Shown in pieces: positions 1 through 8,434 of a stretch of 20,000 bases of DNA (positions within the stretch are counted from its first letter, which is position 1; every line of letters begins with the position of its first letter). The notes under the pieces were generated by a model. It ran no database searches. It worked only from the letters and a program-made list of their open reading frames with translations, and was not told where the DNA came from. Origin of the DNA: Trichomonas gallinae (Eukaryota); assembly GCA_008369845.1 (NCBI GenBank), contig MRSU01011195.1, positions 50,174-70,173 on the forward strand. The letters run 5' to 3'. The position numbers were made by a program, and so were the translations under genes.

Positions 1-167
1 AGCTGTTTGTCGATTGGTTGGCGGAAGCTGAATTGCGAACTAAAAGAAGATGAAGATTTATTATTTAACAGTAAATTTCCCTGTAGCTTCATGTCTTCTG
101 ACGTCTCACCTTCTGAGTAATCATAATCTGATTGCTCATTAAATTTCATTGGCTCGGTTCGACGCAT
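1..167 (-). CDS. 5' part of an unknown protein-coding gene running off the left edge (MRRTEPMKFNEQSDYDYSEGETSEDMKLQGNLLLNNKSSSSFSSQFSFRQPIDKQ...)
   Basis: ATG at 167-165 preceded by an A-run. The frame is open for 55 codons to position 1, and composition is less AT-rich than the upstream spacer. It is absent from the ORF track, probably because it is truncated. Confidence 0.6.
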   Translation of the reverse strand, partial: MRRTEPMKFNEQSDYDYSEGETSEDMKLQGNLLLNNKSSSSFSSQFSFRQPIDKQ

Positions 168-1076
168 TTTTTATATAAAAAAATAAGGGGGTATGTTTGA
201 ATAAAAGGGGGTAATTTTTTTTTGGAGTCCGGACTACAAAAAGTAGATCAAGCTCTCTAATGGATTATCAAAATTTGTTCAGTCTCCCATGAAACCAGGA
301 ATGAGGACACTGGCCATGGGATGAGAAGCCTTTCGGACCAACACAATTTCTCCAGTTTTGTAAATTTCGATTTTATTATCGACCTCGTCCTTGCAATGCG
401 ACAAGACAAATGAAGAGGCAAGTATACAAGAAAATATAGGATCCGGATTCAAAAATGGGCCAAAAAAAACGAAATTTAGCGCAGCTAATTTCTTCACTCA
501 ACTTGCATACGCCATTTATACGACTAAATAGGATACACACCCATAAATTACATATCTGAGTTGCGTTAAAAAATAATTTTATAATCTTGAGATACGAATT
601 CTATTTCACTTAAAAAAAAATTTTGGACACGCTAGAACTGGCTCTTCCAAAACGAGTTCCTACTCATGTTCAATCTAACTATTGAGGTCATATCGTATGA
701 TTTGATGTTCAATATCAATCAAATTTTTGTTTACTGAAGAAACTGTAATTTGATTGCATAAAAAGTTATAAATACATGAGATACATATATTGTTAACATT
801 TAATAGGGGAGTTAACAAAAATGAATTTGCAATAAAAAATATAAATACAATATAGATCGATATTTAGCTTTTTGATATATTAAATATATAGATTATGATG
901 AGTGTTTGTAGATATCATGCTAAAAATGATATATTGATGCTTTAGATTTTGAGAAAAATTCAATATAAAAAAAATATATCCAAAAAAAAAATGATTATAT
1001 TGCTATATTTCATTAATAAAAAAGTTTGGCCAAAATTGAGAGTGAAAAAATTCCGGTAGAGCTTTCAACAATAGAT

Positions 1077-1082
1077 TCATTT
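1077..1082 (+). promoter_or_regulatory. Trichomonad-type initiator (Inr) TCATTT
   Basis: TCATTTTT starts 12 nt before the ATG at 1089 and matches the TCAYTW Inr consensus of Trichomonas. Confidence 0.7.
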
Positions 1083-1088
1083 TTATTG

Positions 1089-2537
1089 ATGCTCGCAGTA
1101 ATATTTGGCGCCTATTTCGCACGCTGCGATGATTTCAACAATATGAGGATCTATCAGGTCATGGTTTCATCCTTCCAAGACGGAGATCCTAATATTGGAT
1201 ACGGAACTGGTTATGGTCCTTCATCTCACAGAGGAGATTTGAGGGGTATTATCAATTCTCTTGACTATATCAAAGGCCTTGGCATGAATGCACTTTGGAT
1301 GACACCAATATTTGATTCATCTGATGGATCAGGTGGAGCTTTATTACAATCAACGGGCTACTTTTGCACGAATTACTTCAAGATTGATCCAAAGTTTGGT
1401 GATGAAGCAACTTTCCAAGAATTAGTTGATAAATGCCACGCAAAAGGAATGTACGTCTTCCTTGATGGTGTATTTGGTCACCATGGTGGTGTGAAGGCAT
1501 CATCTCCATCAGGAAAATGGCCACAAGGCGGCAGTAATCCTGTTGCTTATCCAGGATCTCTTGATTTTTACAAGGAAGTTGCAAAATACTGGATTGAAAA
1601 GTACGGAATTGATGGTTGGCGTTTGGATCAGTGCTATCAGATGTACCAGAACAACTACAACTATCTTAAAGAAATCAGAATTGCTGTTGAAGAGGCCTGC
1701 GCAGCGAGAAAACAGCGTGGTGAGAAATGGGGAACATTAGGATACATTGTTGGTGAAAATTGGAACTCTGCAGAAGATATTCAAAAAAGAACATATGGTG
1801 GCGACGGAATTAGATCTGCTTTTGACTTTCCATCTCGTTATAAACTCGTTCAAACAATAGCCATGTCTGAAAGTGGAGAAGGTGGCCTTCCTATTAATGA
1901 TCTTCAGTATGTCTTCGGTCAACCATCACAGAAGGGCTACCAGGGCCAAGTATATCCAAACTTATTCATTTCCAACCACGATGTCTGGCGTTTTGGAAAT
2001 CTGATCAGAAACAAATATGGATATAGCCGTGATAACACTAATTATTGGAAGAGACATAAACTCGCAATGACAGTTCTTGCTGCTTACACTGGACCAATAA
2101 CAATTTACTATGGTGACGAATACGGTGACTTGGCTGAGTGTTGGAATGGTAATAGAGGTTCATGTGGAAATAACGTAGATACTGACAATGTAGCTAGGAC
2201 GGATGGAAGGATTACTAATTTTAATAACAATGAACAAGACCTCCATGATTTCACAGCTAAAGCAATGTGGGCTCGTGCTGAGAACCCATCCTTATGGCGT
2301 GGCACATCATCATTCACATATAAAGATGGAATGATGCTGAATTGCAAATACGACCAGCAGACGAATAACAAAGTTGTCATGGTTGTTAACCTTGGAACAT
2401 CAGGAACTTCCACGAATTATAATGTTGGTGGCACTAAGATGACTGATTTAATTACAGGCCGTGTTATCAACGGAAATAATGGGAATTACAACGTCCAGAT
2501 GGATGGATTATCCGCTGCTTTATTCAAAGTTGAGTAA
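1089..2537 (+). CDS. Secreted alpha-amylase family glycosidase (GH13; bacterial type, resembling GH13_37/AmyP and Vibrio enzymes)
   Basis: Motifs IYQVMVSSFQDGD, GDLRGIINSLDYIKGLGMNALWMTPIF and FLDGVFGHH; catalytic triad GWRLD(Q), GE(NW), NHD; C-terminal beta-sandwich. Start moved from the TTG at 1026 to the in-frame ATG at 1089 because an Inr lies directly upstream and a short signal peptide follows (MLAVIFGAYFARC). Confidence 0.92.
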   Translation: MLAVIFGAYFARCDDFNNMRIYQVMVSSFQDGDPNIGYGTGYGPSSHRGDLRGIINSLDYIKGLGMNALWMTPIFDSSDGSGGALLQSTGYFCTNYFKIDPKFGDEATFQELVDKCHAKGMYVFLDGVFGHHGGVKASSPSGKWPQGGSNPVAYPGSLDFYKEVAKYWIEKYGIDGWRLDQCYQMYQNNYNYLKEIRIAVEEACAARKQRGEKWGTLGYIVGENWNSAEDIQKRTYGGDGIRSAFDFPSRYKLVQTIAMSESGEGGLPINDLQYVFGQPSQKGYQGQVYPNLFISNHDVWRFGNLIRNKYGYSRDNTNYWKRHKLAMTVLAAYTGPITIYYGDEYGDLAECWNGNRGSCGNNVDTDNVARTDGRITNFNNNEQDLHDFTAKAMWARAENPSLWRGTSSFTYKDGMMLNCKYDQQTNNKVVMVVNLGTSGTSTNYNVGGTKMTDLITGRVINGNNGNYNVQMDGLSAALFKVE

Positions 2538-2595
2538 AATCTATCTTCACCTGTTTTTTAATCAAATTGCTTTATTTTTTTTTTTTTTTTTTTTT
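2535..2595 (+). terminator. Trichomonad-type 3' processing signal: UAAA overlapping the stop, C-AAAUU cleavage-like site, U-rich tract
   Basis: TAAA at 2535-2538 includes the stop codon; CAAATT is at 2563-2568; a long T run extends to 2595. This fits the Trichomonas vaginalis polyadenylation model. Confidence 0.6.
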
Positions 2596-2956
2596 ATCGC
2601 AAATAGAAACATCAATATCAAAAAGTCTACTGTTTAGTTTGATGTCACACAATCAGAAGTCTGTTATTTATCTACTTAACATTGACAAGTGATCAGTATT
2701 TATACATGAATAACTATATATTCATTTAAAACGAAAAATATTTAAAAATTTGATTTTCATTTGTTTATTTAAACAATGTCATCTTTTTACAGTGTTTTTC
2801 ATTGTTTGTGGTAGTAAAATGACAAATATACCATATATTACAGATAGTAGTTGTCTAAAAGTGGTTCCTATGTTTTTATGGTTACTATAAACGAATCGGT
2901 GTCGACACAAGTTATATCATATGATATTTTAACATCTTCTTGTTTCCATATTATCG

Positions 2957-2978
2957 TTGAGTCAAGGCCTTGACTCAA
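2957..2978. repeat. Perfect 22-bp palindrome TTGAGTCAAGGCCTTGACTCAA
   Basis: The sequence equals its own reverse complement and contains TGAGTCA and TGACTCA. Confidence 0.9.
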
Positions 2979-3214
2979 AATTTATGAAAATGGCCAGCAC
3001 TAGTATTCATTACATGGATTTAGGGAATCTAAATATTTAATATATTTGAGGGTCCACTAACAGAGTTAATGAGGGGGTGACACCAAAACCTGCAACACGT
3101 TTATGAATGCAATATAATCTCATATATACATTTCAAATATATAATATATTTCATGGTTCAAACTTGGGTTTTTAAAAATGAATATTCGACAAGTTATATA
3201 CACTTTTATTTATT

Positions 3215-3235
3215 AAAAGTCGTAGGACGACTTTT
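3215..3235. repeat. Inverted repeat AAAAGTCGT-AGG-ACGACTTTT
   Basis: 9-bp perfect stem with a 3-nt loop, read directly. Confidence 0.75.
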
Positions 3236-3604
3236 TTGTTTATATTCTCTTAAACTTTACAAAAACATAACTATGATTGTTTGAAATCATTCCACAATGA
3301 TTTTTGGCCAAAATTGTATTGTTAAAAAAAAAAATTCAAAATTTAACATTTATCGCATTGTTGTATGCTATTAATATATTTTCAAGTTAATTTAATATTT
3401 ATTCAATCCAGAATTATTATTTTTATAACAATATTGTAAATTTTTTTCGAAATTAACGCTACATTCCCTCACATTAAAATAATAAATCAAACATTACACA
3501 TATATACAGATAAAGATTATATAGTAGAAGTATTAAAGGTTAGGCTTCGTTAATAAATTTGCTACAATGATATTTTATAGATGCTAAAAATATTTTAAAA
3601 AATC

Positions 3605-3653
3605 GTCACTTTTTAACTTAACCTTAAACAAATTCGATTTTTCGAAAAGTGAC
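3605..3653 (+). promoter_or_regulatory. Core promoter of the lectin gene: GTCACTTTT (contains Inr TCACTT) and its inverse AAAAGTGAC (Trichomonas M2-like motif)
   Basis: GTCACTTTT at 3605-3613 and AAAAGTGAC at 3645-3653; the latter ends 9 nt before the ATG at 3663. Confidence 0.55.
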
Positions 3654-3662
3654 AATATTTAT

Positions 3663-4880
3663 ATGTTTTCTTTTTTTATCCAATCAATAAAATCAGATAC
3701 AGTCGAGAACCGTAGGTTTATAGAGAAGAGTACCAACTTCACTGACAGCTGGGAGATTGGTGGAGTCTCTGAACAAGTCGGTAAGGACTTTTATTTAATT
3801 CCAGAAAATAAAACGAATTCATACGGTGGAATTTACTTCACAAGTAGACTTAGTGCACATAACTACGAAGCACGCGTATCATTAACATTCATTCCACACG
3901 AAAAATCGACTGGAATGAATGCGATTTGGATTACAAAGGATTATCACCAAGATTCACAAGTATTTGGCGGTCCACTATCATTCGATGGTATCGCATTGCT
4001 TTCAACATATAACGGAACTCATTTAGAAACAGAACTTCGCAAAAATGATAAAAAAGGACGCTTTGTGTCTTATCAATACTTCCCATCATCATTTGTTCCA
4101 CTTGTTGATCACAAAGTTACATACAGGATCGTATATAAGGACAAAATGGTAAACGTATATATTATTACTGGAGGCGTAGAAACTCATGCTTTCTCTCAAC
4201 CACCTCTTTCTGATATAAGAAAATACTTCTTGAGTGTTACAGGCCGCTCAGGAAAGAGAATTACGCAAATTATTGTTGATGAAGCGAGATATCTCGATGT
4301 ACTTGACGAAGAAGGATCAATTGTTAAGAATATAGTTACAATGAACGTAGAGCACGAAACCAAGCCTACGACAGCGCCAACACCAACTCCAATTGCTAAA
4401 GATCGAGATAATTACACAGTCACCGATGTTTTAGATGAAATAGAGATATTTGACCTGTTTTCATCAGCCCTTACAGCCAATAAGGACGTTAGAGAGATGA
4501 TTTGGAGCGAAATGGTGCCTTTCTCTGATTCTTGGCAAAGAAGATCAATAGGAATTGTTAGGAAGGCCAAACATATGAAGGAATCACTGCAGATAGTTCT
4601 CAATAACACATACTTGCAGGTTCTCAATGTTAAGAATGATATAGAAAAAGATTTAGCGCAATTAAGAACAGAAATGCAGGATATAGAAAACGAGCTTTAC
4701 TATGGAATCTCAGATGGCTTTGAACTCCATAATAAGATCAGGGATGAAAAACATCAAGGATTGAGTGGAATAAGTAAAATATTATTCAATATTGGAATAA
4801 TAGAGGCTGTTATTGGCATTGTTGCAATTCTGTTTAAATCCTGTTACGATGGTGCCAAATCTAAGCGTAGATTTAATTAA
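3663..4880 (+). CDS. L-type (legume-like) lectin domain type I membrane protein, ERGIC-53/VIP36/Emp47-like cargo receptor
   Basis: Short N-terminal signal; beta-rich domain (WEIGG, AIWIT, VFGGPLSFDGIALL, FLSVTG); P/T linker; coiled coil; TM segment ILFNIGIIEAVIGIVAILF; short basic tail ending KSKRRFN. Confidence 0.72.
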   Translation: MFSFFIQSIKSDTVENRRFIEKSTNFTDSWEIGGVSEQVGKDFYLIPENKTNSYGGIYFTSRLSAHNYEARVSLTFIPHEKSTGMNAIWITKDYHQDSQVFGGPLSFDGIALLSTYNGTHLETELRKNDKKGRFVSYQYFPSSFVPLVDHKVTYRIVYKDKMVNVYIITGGVETHAFSQPPLSDIRKYFLSVTGRSGKRITQIIVDEARYLDVLDEEGSIVKNIVTMNVEHETKPTTAPTPTPIAKDRDNYTVTDVLDEIEIFDLFSSALTANKDVREMIWSEMVPFSDSWQRRSIGIVRKAKHMKESLQIVLNNTYLQVLNVKNDIEKDLAQLRTEMQDIENELYYGISDGFELHNKIRDEKHQGLSGISKILFNIGIIEAVIGIVAILFKSCYDGAKSKRRFN

Positions 4881-5337
4881 TTTTGTTATTAAAAAATAAA
4901 TTATTTTATTTCCATTACATTTTTCACCAAAAATGCAATATATATCAGACAAAATGTTCATATTATTGTCCGAATTTCATTTTGTTAAAATTCATTTTCA
5001 AATTCCAAATCTCGATTTTTATGAACTATTTCTAATGAGAGAATAAATATCTAATAATAGTATGATAAATTTACATTATTACAGGTGGAATAATGCTAAT
5101 TTCCTATTTTGTTATTTTAAATAATCATAGAAACTCAAATTTCATTCCAGATTTTAGTCATATTAGTCCTATATTTTCTATATATTAAGCAATAATGCTA
5201 AAAAAAGAATCAAAAGTTTTTGATACAAAAAGCAGCGAATTCGCATTTTCATGTTGCAATAGACCAATTTAATATGAATTTTACAAAACGGTAGAATTGT
5301 TGTAAAATACGATTATTGTCAATTCAAAATCAAATTG

Positions 5338-5444
5338 CTTTCACACCCGTAAATTTATGATTTTTTTAAATAATCATTTTATATTTAGTCATTTATATTA
5401 TCGTAAAATTTTGATCATTTCATCAACTCTTTCACACCCGTAAA
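5338..5444 (+). repeat. Exact 16-bp direct repeat CTTTCACACCCGTAAA (5338-5353 and 5429-5444) upstream of the WASP-like gene
   Basis: Two identical copies with starts 91 bp apart in an otherwise AT-rich spacer. Confidence 0.85.
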
Positions 5445-5656
5445 ACGAAATATTGAAAATTAACGTCTTCAAGATTTATTCTCAGTTATCAGTAATGCGT
5501 TAAATTTTAGAAGAATTTAAGATTTGTCCGAAATTTTGTCACACTTCACAAATTTTTTTATTTCGATCAACTCACTTCGGAATATAATTCTACCCATATA
5601 TTGAGGATAATAAGAGTGGTCGAATTTGTTTTTCAAATCAAATCAAAAATAATTTA

Positions 5657-7393
5657 ATGCCGAAAGTAGGATTTGTCCCTGAAGATATGTTGCATAGGAT
5701 TGCGCAGAACAATTCCCAGTTCAACCTAATCTTTGCGACAGTGGGCCAGATCTGGATAGCTTTCCCAGATCCTTCCACATGGACAAAAAAGTTCGAAGGC
5801 GTTTTGACGCTAGACTATGACAGCTCACAGAACACATACATCAACCTTTATGATTACGACACAGGAAAATTGCTTTTCTCCCATGAACTTTATTATGATT
5901 TCAAAGGATCATACAAGAAAGGCTCGAAAGATTTCTACTACTTTGCCTCCGATGTCTGTATGATGGGTATCCAGTTCCTTAATGAAAACCACGCCAGCGA
6001 TTTCTATAAACAAGTCAAGACCGCATCAAAGAAGAAGAAATCCGGATTCTCGTTCTTCCACAAGAATGATGATGATGGCATTGTCATCTCAGACGTTAAA
6101 TCAGTCGACTATGTCAGTGGTGCAAAACAATCTGAATCTGGAGGAAACTACTTAATCACTGGAAATGGTGTCCAACTTGACAAGGTCCTTGCAGATATGG
6201 GATATACGCAGGAAGATATGAACGATAGGCAGATCGCACAAAAAGTATTCGAAAGAGTACAGCAACTTACTAACAGACAGCTCAATGGATCTAAGGCTCA
6301 GGATCCACATCCTGCAAAGCCACAAGCGTCACCGAAATCAAGCGGTTCTAGCGCCCCTCCTCCACCACCATCTCCATCTGGCGGACATGGAGGAGCTCCA
6401 CCGCCTCCGCCACCACCACCACCATCAGGAGCACCACCTCCACCACCCCCACCGCCTTCTGGCGCGTTTGCTCCACCTCCACCCCCACCATCGAAGGGAA
6501 AGAAAGGAAAATCTTCTGGTGGCGGTGGCGTAGTAAAGCCAACAGATAACGCTCTACAAGACATGATTAAGTTCAGAAAGAAGAATGCGAATAAGGTTAA
6601 ACCTCCAGAGCCCAAACTTTACTTCCAGGCCGGTGGTGGAGGCGGTGGCGGTGCTGCTGCTGACTCTGGCGTTGGCGCTGGACCAGCTGGTGGCGGCGGT
6701 GGTGCTGCAGCCGCACCAGCATCATTCGGAGGTGGCGCCCCATCAAATCCAGCCGCAGCGGCTGCAGCAATCATGGCCAAGAGAAGAGCAGCTGCTGCTG
6801 CAGGTGCAGCAGCTAATGTTCCACCACCTTCTGCACCTCCACCAAGAACACAGCCAGCTCCACCACCAGTTGCAGCTGCTCCTCCAAGGGCTGCACCAGC
6901 TCCAAAACCTGCTCCTGCTCCAAAGCCAGCTCCTGCTCCAAAGCCAGCTCCTGCTCCTAAACCAGCTCCGAAGCCAGCTCCGAAGCCGGCCCCAGCACCA
7001 AGGGCAGCTCCTCCACCACCTTCTGGAGCTCCACCACCACCTCCACCTCCCCCAGAGGGCGTTTTCGCACCACCACCTCCACCGCCACCTTCCAAGGGCA
7101 AGAAAGGCAAATCTTCGGCTGGAAGTGGAATGCCTGTCAAGCCAACGGATAACGCGCTTCAGGATATGATCAAATTCAGGAAGAAGAACGCTACAAAGGT
7201 CAAACCACCTGAGCCAAAGCTTTACTTCCAGGCTGGAGGCGGTGGTGGTGGCGGTGGTGCTGCCGCTGCCGCTCCTGCTGGAGGTGGTGGTGGCGCTGCT
7301 GCACCAATGGGTGGTGGAAGACCAATGGGCGGTGGCGGCGATTTGCAATCTGAGCTTGCTGCCAAGCTTGCTGCAAGGAGGAACAGAATGTAA
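5657..7393 (+). CDS. WH1/EVH1-domain, proline-rich WASP-family-like actin regulator
   Basis: N-terminal WH1 (ATVGQIWIAFPDPSTW...LLFSHELYYDF...MGIQFLNENHASDFYKQV); basic patch; GBD-like helical segment (LADMGYTQEDMND); polyproline tracts; two WH2-like modules; C-terminal basic amphipathic helix DLQSELAAKLAARR. Confidence 0.85.
   Translation: MPKVGFVPEDMLHRIAQNNSQFNLIFATVGQIWIAFPDPSTWTKKFEGVLTLDYDSSQNTYINLYDYDTGKLLFSHELYYDFKGSYKKGSKDFYYFASDVCMMGIQFLNENHASDFYKQVKTASKKKKSGFSFFHKNDDDGIVISDVKSVDYVSGAKQSESGGNYLITGNGVQLDKVLADMGYTQEDMNDRQIAQKVFERVQQLTNRQLNGSKAQDPHPAKPQASPKSSGSSAPPPPPSPSGGHGGAPPPPPPPPPSGAPPPPPPPPSGAFAPPPPPPSKGKKGKSSGGGGVVKPTDNALQDMIKFRKKNANKVKPPEPKLYFQAGGGGGGGAAADSGVGAGPAGGGGGAAAAPASFGGGAPSNPAAAAAAIMAKRRAAAAAGAAANVPPPSAPPPRTQPAPPPVAAAPPRAAPAPKPAPAPKPAPAPKPAPAPKPAPKPAPKPAPAPRAAPPPPSGAPPPPPPPPEGVFAPPPPPPPSKGKKGKSSAGSGMPVKPTDNALQDMIKFRKKNATKVKPPEPKLYFQAGGGGGGGGAAAAAPAGGGGGAAAPMGGGRPMGGGGDLQSELAAKLAARRNRM
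6536..7234 (+). repeat. Intragenic duplication of a 32-codon WH2-like module (6536-6631 and 7139-7234) within a ~200-aa repeat
   Basis: KPTDNALQDMIKFRKKNA(N/T)KVKPPEPKLYFQA occurs twice, each copy preceded by polyPro-SKGKKGKSS (6491 and 7091) and followed by poly-Gly. Confidence 0.95.
6896..7000 (+). repeat. Coding tandem repeat (PAPKPA/PAPK)n
   Basis: 18-nt and 12-nt units such as CCAAAGCCAGCTCCTGCT. Confidence 0.9.
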
Positions 7394-7692
7394 AGTACGA
7401 CTTTTTGGTCCTAAACCACATCATTTATTACACCATTATTGCTTTTTTTATTAGATATTTTTCAATCAAATAATTATCAAGCGATAACTTTAGTATTTTC
7501 ATGCATATTCATAATACACTCATCTATAATTTCACTTTTTACAATATAACATATCCATTAGAACAATAATATTACATTCAAAATATCAAATATATGTTTT
7601 TAAGATGTCATATCAGGATAAAAAGGTTTATATTGCAAATTGATAGGATTTTAAAACATGGAAACAAATAAAAACTCTATAGAACAATATTT

Positions 7693-8424
7693 TCACAATG
7701 CTGTTCTGCTAAAGATTGGACTTGCAAGGTATTGGAGCATCTTAGCTGTTTGCGGGGACTGAAGGAATCCAGTTGGCATAGGAGATTGGAATGATACAAC
7801 ACTTGAGCGATTTTCGGCATCAGCGAAAGCTTTCTTTTGCTGATTCTTGAATTTGTCAACGTTACTTCTGAATGATGTCGTTGACTTAACAAGTGCATCC
7901 TTGAATCGGTTGTCTAGCATCGTTGTGTAGCCTCCTTCGCAAAAATCGCTGTGTTCGCTGTGGAATTTCCTATATCCACCATCGAGTATATATACCTCTG
8001 GGTAATGTAAGTTTGGATATTCGTTAGAATCGCGATCAATGTTCCTGAAAATCGAAGCCATTTGAGGACCTCTATTATGAGAAAACTCACAGTGGAACAC
8101 GATCAATGAGTTTGGTATTGGTGTTTCGTAGAATAGTTTTTGCAATATTTGAGGATCATTTACGTTTAACGCACCATTTATGTGTCCTCCTTGATATTCG
8201 TAAGGATATCTGCAGTCAATGATGAAGAGCTTCTCAAAGAGCTCGTCATATTCTCCAGACATGATGTCTACGAGTGTTTGGCCGGAAATTCTCGGAATCG
8301 GTCCATTCCCTTCTATTACCGGAATTCCCTCCTGATTGACGTGCTCTGTGTTCTTGTTTGGAGAGAAGTCCAGCTCGGGAATGGGGATTCCGAACTTCAC
8401 TGGCGATTTAAATGGTGATTTCAT
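7693..8424 (-). CDS. CDC25: Cdc25-type dual-specificity phosphatase (rhodanese fold, M-phase inducer)
   Basis: IIDCRYPYEYQGGHINGA, catalytic HCEFSHNRGP (CX5R) and YPNLHYPEVYILDGGY. Confidence 0.92.
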   Translation of the reverse strand: MKSPFKSPVKFGIPIPELDFSPNKNTEHVNQEGIPVIEGNGPIPRISGQTLVDIMSGEYDELFEKLFIIDCRYPYEYQGGHINGALNVNDPQILQKLFYETPIPNSLIVFHCEFSHNRGPQMASIFRNIDRDSNEYPNLHYPEVYILDGGYRKFHSEHSDFCEGGYTTMLDNRFKDALVKSTTSFRSNVDKFKNQQKKAFADAENRSSVVSFQSPMPTGFLQSPQTAKMLQYLASPIFSRTAL

Positions 8425-8428
8425 TTTT

Positions 8429-8434
8429 TAATGA
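8429..8434 (-). promoter_or_regulatory. Inr TCATTA of CDC25
   Basis: The minus strand reads TCATTAAAAAATG. Confidence 0.65.

Noticed and set aside
279..497. 72-aa minus-strand ORF whose YKTGEIVLVRK...LIPGFMG faintly resembles a retroelement integrase C-terminal (GPF/Y) region
   Set aside because: Non-ATG start, very short, and no integrase core or other retroelement signal nearby. Too weak without an HMM search.
1026..1088. TTG-initiated N-terminal extension of the amylase in the ORF track
   Set aside because: This is a eukaryotic gene, and the Inr and signal peptide point to the ATG at 1089.
2575..2595. Long T run as a retroposed poly(A) tail or bacterial terminator
   Set aside because: It is on the wrong strand for the amylase mRNA tail, has no GC-rich stem, and fits the U-rich downstream polyadenylation element.
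1025..3316. TTTGGCCAAAATTG at 1025-1038 and 3303-3316 as a target-site duplication around the amylase
   Set aside because: GGCCAAAA also appears near 458 and 16969, no element ends are visible, and the gene looks long naturalised.
6285..7454. Multiple overlapping alternative-frame and antisense ORFs inside the WASP-like gene
   Set aside because: Expected shadows of GC-rich Pro/Gly/Ala codon repeats that lack stop codons.
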